A DNA stretch of 64,000 nucleotides, taken from positions 40,176,001-40,240,000 of the forward strand of contig OX597818.1 of the NCBI GenBank assembly GCA_951406725.2. The letters run 5' to 3'. The DNA is from Octopus vulgaris. Taxonomy: Eukaryota. A program made the translations under genes and the position numbers. A model generated the notes under the pieces. That model saw nothing but the letters and a program-made list of their open reading frames with translations, did not search any database and had not been told where the DNA came from. Below are positions 1 through 10,800 of the stretch, piece by piece. Positions within the stretch are counted from its first letter, which is position 1. Every line of letters begins with the position of its first letter.

Positions 1-1303
1 TAGTATAAAGATAGGAAGTATCTGATGTTCCAGATTAGCAACCATCATTGTTTAATCAATGTTTCTGATGTGAACCCCACTCTCTCTCTCTGAAACCTGA
101 AACATCTCTTCTCCTCATAGTAAACTAACATTCTTAATTAATATTATTTTTTATTTTAAATAATTATTTTACTGTGATGATCCTTCATATAAACACATCC
201 TGCTAATTTATTCTATTATAGTGATTATATTCTATTGAATATGATGCAAATATCCTGTTTAGTTCAAATAAATTGTTCATGTTTGCTTAAGCATACTGGT
301 GTGAAGAAAGAGGGGGGAAAAAAAAAAGAAAAAACAAACGGAATAGAAACGGTTAACTGAGAGTTGAAAAAATTTGGTTTTATGTTAGATGAAGTCTAGG
401 GACTAAGATACAGCTTGCCAGATTATGTTGACCCAATTTTTTTTTTTCATTTTAAACTTCCTTGTAATCAGTATTTTATCAGCATTAATTAAAACAGTAA
501 AGCTACATCTGTGATTATTTCATTAGAATTGGTTGTGGTGTACATAAAATGGTTGCCAGTCATCAACTAGAAACTTTACAAAAGTGTTCTCTGTTACAGC
601 TTATACGAAATTCTTCTTTCCTTTTCTTTGCCGTTTATTCAGTAAAGTCACAAGAAGTTCATTTGGTTAATGTTTCTACGTAGAACAAAAGCAAAGCTGT
701 GCAAGCTGTGAAAATTGTTCTTCAAATAGGTGCAGGTGTGGCTGTGGTTGCTTCCCAACCACATGGTTCCAGGTTCAGTCCCATTGCATGGCACCTTGGG
801 CAGTTGTCTTCTATTGTAGCCTCAGGCCAACCAAAACCTTTTGAGTGGATTTGGTAGATGGAAACTGAAAGAAGCCTGTTTAGAAACTGGTAAGCTGGAG
901 AGCTGCGCCAAGTTCCTGTCTGGTTTGGCAATGGTTTCTACATTTGGTGTTAGGAAGGGCATCTAACTGTCAAAGCCATGCCAAGCCAGACTGAAACTTG
1001 ATGCATCACTTTGGTTTACCAGTTCCAGTCAAACTGTCCAACCTATACCAGTATGAAAAGCAGACACTAAATAATGATGATAATGATGTGTGTGTGTGTG
1101 CATGTATCTGTTTGTCCCCTTCCTCTGCCACTTGACAACCAGTGTTGGTGTCTTTATGCCTCCGTAACTTAGCAGTTCGGTGAAAGACAACCAATAAAAT
1201 AAGTACTTGCCTTAAAAAATAAGTCCTGTAGTCGATTTATTCAACTAAAAATTCTTCAAAGTGGTGCCCCAGTATGGCCACAGTCTAATGACTGAAACAA
1301 GTA

Positions 1304-1784
1304 TACTCTCTTTACTCTTTTACTTGTTCCAGTCATTTGACTGCGGCCATGCTGGAGCACCGCCTTTAGTCGAGCAAATCGACCACCAGGACTTATTCTT
1401 TGTAAGCCCAGTACTTATTCTATCAGTCTCTTTTGCCAAACTGCTAAGTTATGGGGACGTAAACACACCATCATCGGTTGTCAAGTGATGTTGGACACAC
1501 ACACACACACCCACACACATATATTTAGACATATATACTTTGATACTTTGATAGGTTTCGGCCATTATTGGCCCAGGCCATGTCTAACTTAATAGCACCA
1601 CCTGTCTAACTTAATAGCACCAACGGGCTTCTTTCAGTGTCCCTCTACCAAATCCACTCACAAGGCTTTGGTCGGCCTGAGGCTATAGTAGAAGACACTT
1701 GTCCAAGGTGCTACGCAGTGGAACTGAACCCAGAACCATGTGGTTGGTAAGCAAGCTACTTACCACACAGCCACTCCTGCGCCT
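1304..1784 (-). mobile_element. SINE family A (tRNA-derived head, CORE-like segment, internal CA/TA microsatellite), near full length
   Basis: On the minus strand: A box TGGCTGTGTGG, B box GGTTCAGTTCC, then ccttggacaagtgtcttc; near-identical to the copies at 5511, 7565, 30484 and 35552. Confidence 0.85.
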
Positions 1785-2088
1785 ATAAGTATAAGATAAA
1801 AAATAAACAAAATTTTACAATAGCTAGTTATTGCAAATTTCCTCATGAAATGAAACTTCTAGCATAAAACCTCTTAAAATAATAAGAGGAGGCAGCCTCT
1901 GTATAAATGTTTTGTAACATGTAGGCACAGGCATGGCTATGTGGTTTAGAAGCTTGCTTCCCAACCATGCAGATTCAGGTTCAGTCCTACTGTGTGGCTC
2001 CTTGGGCAAGTGTCTTCACCTCTAGCCCAGGCTGACCAAAGCTTTGTGAGTGGATTTCAGAGACACAAACTGAAATAAGCCTGCCATG

Positions 2089-2130
<42 letters not shown>

Positions 2131-2652
2131 TTTCTCCCATATCTGACATCTTGTGATGGTTGTAAACAGGTACTACCATCATAAAAATAAATGTTGTTTG
2201 TTTTGTTTCCAATCTTCCATGAAAGATATGTCTGGCCATGAAGAAATATTACTTTGTTTGGGAACAGGTGAGGGTAGACAATAGGAAAAGCACCTGGTTG
2301 TCAAAATCTGCCTGACCCATACAAGCATGGAAAAGCAGACATTTAGAAAGTGAGGAATTTGATAAAGATGGCAATGATAAAATGTGTTTATTGTACAGAA
2401 TAGATAACATAAAAGAAAAAAAAAAATAAAGTAAAAAAGTCAGCATCTCAAGTTTGAAGCTGGATCAATTATAGCAAGAAAGCTTTCATAAATGTATTTT
2501 ATCAAACTGAAACATCTGTGCAGAAGATGTGTTTATTCTAAAAACTAAACATTCCTTCTCTGCTTCAAACTTTTTCTACTTTCACAATTATTATGACATG
2601 CTGTCATTTTCTTCCATTTTAAATCTCATTGGATTACTCCTTGATCTTATCA

Positions 2653-2686
<34 letters not shown>

Positions 2687-3092
2687 CTGGTTGTAGTTGT
2701 AGTAGTAGTAATTCTAAAAGGAGGTTAGTTTTACATGCAATATGTTTCAAGAATTGTCAAAGTCTTTCTGTCATAAGACAAAAACACAGAAGTAATGTTC
2801 AGTGCAGTCAAAGATTGGAAGAGGGGTTTTTATATTGTTTGCAAAGATAATGATATCGTTAGTTGAAAATTTGAAGTTTTTGGTTAAAAGTTTGTGCAGA
2901 TTCTGTAGATTAGTTATTTGTTAGTTATATTTTGTTATATATTAGAAAGAATGGATCTTTTCTGTTTGGCTGCCAAGATTTCGAAGTTTAAAGTTTATCA
3001 AAAATGGTACATTAATGTAGTTTTCTAAGCTGAATTGCTGGAATTATTTCACTTTCTCCAGAAAATTTAAAAAAAAAAAAAGTTATAGAGGT

Positions 3093-3320
3093 TTAACCCT
3101 TTAGTGTTCAAATTTATATATCAAAAGTAATCCTTATTCATTTACATTTAAAAAAATTAATCTGGTATTATCTTGTAGCTTCAAGATTTGAAAGATGTAA
3201 CTGTTTATTTTTAGAATGACATTGCAGGGTAGGTGTGAGAGGTCTGAGCTGGCTGGTTTGAGCATATAACAGGAAGACAATTTTGGCCTGATATGGCCGG
3301 TTTAAACACTAAAGGGTTAA
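3093..3320. mobile_element. piggyBac-type MITE family E (TTAA-CCCTTTAG...CTAAAGGG-TTAA)
   Basis: TIR ttaaccctttagtgtt/aacactaaagggttaa; related copies at 7491-8302 (split by a SINE), 12931, 24226, 32657 and 60001. Confidence 0.8.
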
Positions 3321-3593
3321 AGTTTGATCATTTTCACCCAGTCAGGAAACAGGATTTGGAAGCTGTCATTTTGTGTGTGACTGCACATTTTGTCATAAAC
3401 ACCTGGAAAATAACTTGTGTTGTTGATATTTGAATTCTACATATGGTAGATAAGTAAACATGTCTTTTGTAGTTTTAGGTATTGAGTATGCATTTAATGT
3501 GATAAACAGCACATTATAACTTAGATATTTTAAAAAATCAAGCATTTAAGCATTCAATACGCATCTAATGCTATAAACAGCACATTACAAATT

Positions 3594-3903
3594 GTTGTTG
3601 TTTGTTCCTTCTCAAGCCATGCCTGGCTCACAGGGCTGGTTTTTCGGTTTCCTTGGTGTATAGGTTCCCCACCTGGACTGGATGCTGATCCATCGCAGGT
3701 GAGCTGCAAGATGCAGGAGGAAAGAGTGAGAGAAAGTTATGGCGAAAGAGTCAGCAGAAGTTCGCCATTACTTTCTGCCGGAGCTGCATGGAGCTTAGGT
3801 GTTTTGCTCATAAACACACACATCATCCAGTCTGAGATTCGAACCCGTGATCCCTCCACTACGAGTCCGCTGCTCTAACCATTAGGCCATGTGCCTCCAC
3901 ACT
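3594..3903 (-). mobile_element. SINE family C (tRNA-Arg-like head, (AAC)n tail)
   Basis: Reverse complement of the 6684 copy; TSD ttacaaatt at 3585-3593 and 3904-3912. Confidence 0.85.
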
Positions 3904-4046
3904 TTACAAATTAGATATTTTTAAAAAAACAAAACATTTAAGCATTCAATACGCATTTAATGCTATAAACAGCACATTACAAATTAAATATCTCTTATAG
4001 CATGAACTTTAAAAAATTATCCAAAAACAAAATAGCACGTTACAAA

Positions 4047-4799
4047 TTAAATATTGTTGATCAGTTCATTGAAAATGAAAGTAATGCATTCAAGCAATTT
4101 CTCGAACAACTCATAATTTTCATATCTCCTGCACCACATAAATCCACAGAGATATGAATGTACCATAGAACGGTAAGTGCCACAGCATCGTTTACTACTT
4201 TGCTTTACAGAGGCCGACGAACTCTCCATTTGTCGAGTGTGGGTACCATCTTTTGAGTTAACAAACCCAATGCTGTGGTTCACCGTTCTATGCTCAAAAT
4301 TGTAACCATCAATTTCAGGAATGTGAGAGTATGTCCTCCTCGAATCTCTGAAAATTGTGGTTCCTGGAAGAATCAAGTGATGTATGCATTCTTCCAGTGT
4401 GTCATGTTTCTGGCATGGCACTGCATAAAGAAAAACCTGTCTGGTCTTGCAACACACTCCTCCAAACACCCACTGCTCAGATAGGACCCTTCCTTGGTTT
4501 TACTTACATCTTGAGAAGACTGTTTCATCAATCACAACAATCTTTTCAGTACCACCAACTTTAATTGGATGATAGAGCAGATCCTTTGCACATACCTCCC
4601 TAACATAGCTGTTATAATCAACAGCTGTGCAATGGTTCGTGTCCACTTCTTCAACACAAAACTGGACTGAAATCAATTCCTTAACCCCAAACAGATCGGT
4701 AACATTTCCAGGTGGGTTAAACCAGTAGAACACAGCATCAACAAGTGGTTTCAATATATTTGTCAACACATGCTTTCTTACAGATGAAAGAGTTCTCAT
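4047..4799 (-). pseudogene. Merlin/ISXO2-type DDE transposase pseudogene
   Basis: ORFs 4500..4799 and 4047..4469 are in one frame, broken by a stop at 4500-4502. Motifs VGG-x2-KIVVIDET, VFGG, ILPGTTIFRD and H-x-TVNHS-x2-FV-x4-GTHT-x3-ES are typical of DDE_Tnp_IS1595/Merlin. Confidence 0.85.
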
Positions 4800-5308
4800 G
4801 TTCGGCTTGTTACTATGGAAACAGGCATGAATGTGTCTGCAGCTTACGATTGGCCGAAATTACCCCAAATTTTCAAATTTTAATAGCCTATAACTCATTA
4901 TTTATTGATTTATAGTGAAAATGATTTTCTTTGCATTGGTTAGCCTATAAAAGTATCATTACGCTGAATATGAAATCAGTTCGAACAGAAATTGACCTTG
5001 GCAGCCAAATAGAAAAGAATTATTTAATAGTAGAAACGATTGTATTGTTCTCTGTGCTTTCACCCACCAGAGTATGATAATCAACCAATCACTTGAACAC
5101 CTATGCTAATGACTGTTTGTACTTGATTGTCTATAGCTATGAAACACCATATGTGTACCAAATGCATACCTTAATTAATGTAAGCATACTGCTGCAGTAG
5201 AAAAAAAAAAGAAAATTAAATGTGAATTCTATGAATTTATTTCCTTACAACAACATTTTATAAACAAACCTTGGAAGCGTCGGATGTATTTGGAATTTTA
5301 CAGACCAG

Positions 5309-5500
5309 AAAGTAAATTTTCAATGCAGTAAAGCTGTGAAAACAGCTGAAAGATTGGGTATTTGATTTTTATAAGGTGGAATAAAGTTGCCAGTAGACGG
5401 AAAAAAAGTAGCAGCCTGCTGGCAGCTTTTTTTGTTTTATAAGAGTAAATACACAATCTTTCGTTGTTCCTGCAGCTTTATTGCTTTAGAAATTTACTTT
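5309..5500. mobile_element. Palindromic MITE-like element with about 50-bp imperfect TIRs
   Basis: gtaaattttcaatgcagtaaagctgtgaaaacagctgaaagattgggtattt pairs with aaatacacaatctttcgttgttcctgcagctttattgctttagaaatttac; a relative lies at about 29316-29420. Confidence 0.6.
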
Positions 5501-5510
5501 TTTGTCTCAT

Positions 5511-5904
5511 TTCCTCTTTAACTTGTTTCAGTCATTTGACTGTGGCCATGCTGGAGCACCGCCTTTAGTCGAGCAAATCGACCCCAGGACTTATTTCTTG
5601 TAAGCCTAGTACTTATTCTATCGGTCTCTTTTGCCGAACTGCTAAGTTACGGGGGACATAAATACGCCAGCATCGGTTGTCAAGTAATGTTGGGGAGACA
5701 AAAACAGACAAACGAACATATACACACATATACATATATACGACGGGCTTCTTTCAGTTTCCGTCTACCAAATCCACTCACAGGGCTTTGGTTGCCCTGA
5801 GGCTATAGTAGAAGACGCTTGCCCAAGGTGCCACGCAGTGGGACTGAACCCGGAACCATGTGGTTGGTAAGCAAGCTACTTACCGCACAGCCACTCCTAC
5901 ACCT
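5511..5904 (-). mobile_element. SINE family A, full length
   Basis: Colinear with the other family A copies; A/B boxes at the right end. Confidence 0.85.
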
Positions 5905-6146
5905 ATAAAATATTTCCTTATGATTCCTTAATTTCAAATTCAAATTTCTGATCCCGCCACATATTATATAGAAATGCTTATCTCCCTTATAATTGTTGCC
6001 ACTAGGGAAAGCATACATTTCCTGTAGATTGCAACTTAAAAAAGCAGAAACTATGGCTATTTTATTGCCTGTGTTTTAGTATCCGTCTCTCATGATTATG
6101 ATAGTATCTTCTCTGTTAATATTTTTTGTTTCATTTCTTGTTTCAG

Positions 6147-6199
6147 ATGATAACATATTGTGGTGCAGTACATTGATTGAAGCAATACATAAATACAAG
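6147..6199 (+). CDS. ARAP: ARAP exon: C-terminal helix of a PH domain, (D)DNILWCSTLIEAIHKYK
   Basis: tttcag acceptor, gtaaag donor, PH-type W-x3-L-x2-A helix, ends in phase 0 matching the next exon. Confidence 0.8.
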
Positions 6200-7778
6200 G
6201 TAAAGTATATTTTCATTTTGTTGTTGTTTTGATTTTCTTCTTTAATTTGACTGTCATTGGACTGCAGCCATACTGGGACACAGCCTTGAACAATTTATTC
6301 AAACAAATCGCCCCTAGTATTTAGTGCATTTTAAAAGTCTGGTACTTACTCCATCAGTCTCTTTTGCTGAACTGCTATGTTACAGGGATGTAAATAAACC
6401 AACACTGGTTGTCAAACATTGGAAAACAAACGTGCACACACACACACACAAATGCACACGACAGGCTTCCACACAATTTCCATCTACCAAATTCACTCAC
6501 AAGGCATTGGTCAGCCCAAGGCTATAGTAGAAAACACTTGCCTGAGGTACCATGCAGTGGGACTGAACCTGATACCATGTGGTTGTAGAACAAACTTCTT
6601 CACATGCAGCCATACATGTGCCAGGAAGAAATAATGCATATCTTCACTAAACAGCTATTTTCTTAATTTACCTTTCTTTATATGGAGGCACATGGCCTAG
6701 TGGTTAGAGCAGTGGACTCACGGTTGGGGGATCGCGGGTTCGAATCTCAGACCGGGCGGTGTGTGTGTTTATGAGCAAACCGCCTAAGCTCCACGTGGCT
6801 CCGGCAGAAGGTAATGGCGAACTTCTGCTGACTCTTTCGTCACAACTTTCTCTCACTCTTTCCTCCTACATCTTGCAGCTCACCTGCAATGGACTAGTGT
6901 CCTGTCCAGGTGAGGAACCTATACACCAAGAAAACCAGGAAACCAGCCCTTATGAGCCAAGCATGGCTCGAGAAGGAACAAACAAAACCTTTCTTTATAT
7001 GAACTGTATTTATTTGTGCATTTGACTATTATATACTTTTTGATGGCTTAGCAAAAGGAGATAGAGCATTTCCTGAAACTGGTGAGAGGGAAAAAAAGGA
7101 GATTATCCTCAGAGTAGAGACCTTTCCTCAATGTTTATAACAGAATGGGCTCCAGTATAGGTACACAAAAGACATGTGGTGGTAATTGGGTGATGAAATT
7201 AATCTACCCCTCAAGAATAGGAGCAGTCCCACCTATGGCTTCCACACAGTTTCTGTTTTCCCAATTTCATATGCAAGGCTATTTTAGAAGACTGTAATGA
7301 ACCTAATAGAACACACTTACTTAAGGCGCTGTGCAGTAAGATTGAACCTGAAACTTCAATGATGCAGAGTGAACTTAATAACCACATGGTCATACATGAA
7401 CCTAGGTCCATCATTGCCACTCTGAAAGATATCATCTTAAATTCCACTGTGTCTTACATAACCTGTTCCTTAATGCTAGTATAGGCTGTTTTAACCCTTT
7501 GCCATGTAGATTATTGTGTCAAATGTTTACTCTTTTCACATTGTTTTGAATTAATAATGTATGATACTCTCTCTTTACTCTTTTACTTGTTTCAGTCAGT
7601 TGACTGCGGCCATGCTGGAGCACCGCCTTTAGTCGAGCAACTCGACCCCGGGACTTATTCTTTGTAAGCCCAGTACTTACTCTATCGGTCTCTTTTGCCA
7701 AACCGCTAAGTGACGGGGACATAAACACACCAGCATCGGTTGTCAAGCAATGCGAGTGACAAACACATACACGCACAC

Positions 7779-7809
<31 letters not shown>

Positions 7810-10800
7810 CATATATACAACGGGCTTCTTTCAGTTTCCGTCTACCAAATCCACTCACAAGGCTTTGTTCGGCCCGAGGCTACAGTAGAAGACAGTTGCC
7901 CAAGATGCCACGCAGTGGGACTGAACCCGGAACCATGTGGTTGGTAGGCAAGCTACTTACCACACAGCCACTCCTGCACCTATCTTGTTGATCTTGTTGT
8001 TTTTGTAAAATCTCAGAAAATAATTAAAAATTCACATTTTTTGTCAAACTATTTTGTTATATTTGTCTATCTATCCAACTGTAAACATTTTAAATATTTC
8101 ACTAACTTTTTGTTATAACTTGGCAAAAGGGTACATTTTTTGCCAAAAATTGTTTTAAATTTAGAGATTTTGATAATGTGATTGCTGTAGCTTTAGAATG
8201 ACGTATTAGGGTAGATGTGAGAGGCGGGATCCGTTGAGTTTCAACAAAGTACAAGTAGGATATTTTGGCAGGATACGGCTGGTCTAAATTCTAGATGGTT
8301 AAAGAAAAAGTATCATCATCATCGATTAACGTCCGCTTTCCATGCTAGCATGGGTTGGACGGTTCAACTGGGGTCTGGCGAGCCTGAAGGCTGCACCAGG
8401 CCAGTCAGATCTGGCAGTGTTTCTACAGCTGGATGCCTTTCCTAACGCCAACCACTCCGAGAGTGTAGTGGGTGATTTTATGTGCCACCGACACAGGTGC
8501 CAGACGAGGCTGGCAGACGGCCACGCTCGGATGGTGTTTTTTATGTGCCACCGACACATAAATATATCTGCAGCAAATATTTGAAATAATACCATTGTAC
8601 TTAAATACTTCAAGAAATGTGGAAATACAGAGTTGTAAGACAAAATTCAGTTTTGGTGTTATATCTTCTTTCCTAATTTTTAGAGAAAAATTTGACTGAA
8701 ATAATCCCCTAGACATTATAAAGTTGATCTAAATATGTTCAGTGTTTCAAATAATTGAAAGAATTTTTCATGTTATTTCGACAGCCTCCTGCAAACGGAT
8801 TCGTCGCTGGTGGAAATATGAGTTATCCTGACAAAAAAGTAAGTTTATTGGTGTGTTATATATAAAGAGGTCGTCAATTAAAGGTCACATTTTTAACACA
8901 CACACACACACATGTATAAATGTTACATTTTGTAAATGAGAAAAGTAGTATTCAATACATAGTGTTCAATTATGAAAATAACAGAGTTTTAGTACAACTA
9001 ACTTGTGAGTTCTTGGCAAGGCAGCAAAGTGTGGGTGAGTAAGCAACAAGTTTCATTGTCATCTTCATCATCATCTTCGTCATCATCATCTTCGTCATCA
9101 TCATCTTCATCATCTTCATCATCATCATCTTCATCATCATCATCATTATCATCTTCATCATCATCATCATTATCATCTTCATCATCATCATCATTATCAT
9201 CATCTTCATCATCATCTTCATCATCATCATCATCTTCATCATCATCATCATCTTCATCATCATCTTCATCATCATCTTCATCATCATCTTCATCATCATC
9301 ATCTTCATCATCTTCATCATCATCATCTTCATCATCATCATCTTCTTCATCATCATCATCATCTTCATCATCTTCTTCATCATCTTCTTCATCTTCTTCT
9401 TCATCTTCTTCTTCATCTTCATCATCTTCTTCATCTTCATCATCTTCATGTTTATTCAACATTTGTTTCCCTTGGCATGAGTTGAATGGTTGAACTGGAC
9501 CTGGTGAGCCAGAGGGCCTGTATTGAACTTTAGCATTGGCATGGTTTCTATGGCTGTTATGCCTGTGATGCCCTTCCTGATGCCAACCACCTTACAAAGT
9601 GTGCTGACCGCATTTTTCAAGCCACTGGCATTTATGAAATTATAAGTTAATTTGCCAGACAGAAAAAGAACAGGGATAAAAAACCCCAAAAAAACCATGA
9701 GTTAGTGTGGTGGGAGGATTTGTGAAGGGGAGGTGGCTGACTCTATGCCAGATACTGACAGGCTAAACAATGATAGAAGGACGAGAACAAGTGTCCAGCT
9801 ATAAAGGAGATATGTGGCTAATCCACACTATATAAGGGCAGGTGGAAATAGCGGGGAAGAAGATAAAGATGGTAGTGATGGGGTGCCAGAAGATACTCTC
9901 AAGTTGCAAGTTTATTAAGTAATTTAGCATTGGTGCAGAAGTGGCTGTGTGGTTATTAGCTTGATTACCAACCATATGGTTCCTGGTTCAGTCCCACTGT
10001 GTGGCACCTTGGGCATGTGTCCTTTACTATAGCCTTGGACTGACCAAAGCCTTGTGAGTGGATTTGGTTGATGGAAACTGTAAGAAGCCTGTCATATATA
10101 TATATATATATATATATAACCAAGAAAAAAAGCAACAAGAATATATATATGTTTGTTTGTCTCCCACCACCACGATGTTGCCTGTTTATGTCCCCATAAC
10201 TTAGTGGTTCGACAAAAGAGACCAATAGAATAAGTACTAGGCTTACAAAGAACAAGTCCTGCGGTCAGTCTCTTCAACTAAAGGCAGTGCTTCAGCTTGG
10301 CCAAAGTCAAATGACTGAAACCAATAAAAGAATTAGTTGAACCTATGCCAGCATAGAAGATGGCTATTAAATGATGATGATTAGTATGCAGATATGTTCC
10401 TTTGTGTTTATCTTAGTTCTCCAGGCTATAAAATTGAAATTCAAGACAAGCTGCATGCTTACCTCTTATGGCTGAGTCAGTCAAAGAATTGGAGTGAAGT
10501 TTCAAAGATAGAAGCAGAACCTAAAATTAAGAAGCAACCTTCCCAAGACAGAGACTAGACAGAGAGTCCAGTTATAGAAATCTTTTGTGACATATGCAAG
10601 CATGGAAAAGTGAATGCTGATTCAGTGATGATGCAATGTTAAATAGATGAGAGATTAATTTTCCTCCTGTAAAGGATGCTAGACTATCTACCACAGGTTA
10701 TATTTTCAGAGGTCCTAACGATTGCTTATTGTTAACTAGAAGATAGAATGAGATATATCATTATCACCATCACCATTTTATCATCTGCTTTTCCATACTA

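Larger units (their letters stand above)
2953..5021 (-). mobile_element. Merlin (IS1016/IS1595-like) DNA transposon remnant with TIRs and nested insertions
   Basis: TIRs cttttctgtttggctgccaag (2957-2977) and cttggcagccaaatagaaaag (4997-5017); encloses the transposase pseudogene and 70-bp subterminal repeats. Confidence 0.72.

Noticed and set aside
600-641. Possible upstream ARAP exon (ttacag...LIRNSSFLFFAVYS...gtaaag)
   Set aside because: It ends in phase 0 in this reading while the exon at 6147 needs phase 1, the donor context is weak and there is no clear PH motif.
1582-1621. Direct 20-bp duplication tgtctaacttaatagcacca inside a SINE
   Set aside because: It is a local duplication in an inserted filler sequence with no sign of function.
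4047-4799. Bacterial IS1595 contamination or recent horizontal transfer
   Set aside because: The element contains host SINE and MITE insertions and is contiguous with host repeats; a eukaryotic Merlin element explains it.
6684-6755. tRNA-like sequences with A/B boxes (also at 28988, 35552 and others)
   Set aside because: They lack a proper acceptor stem and continue into SINE bodies, several with TSDs, so they are SINE heads and not tRNA genes.
8970-9493. Poly-D/E, poly-S and poly-M/K ORFs of 154-162 aa
   Set aside because: These are translations of a trinucleotide tract that is a LINE tail. The flanking ARAP exons join in frame without it.
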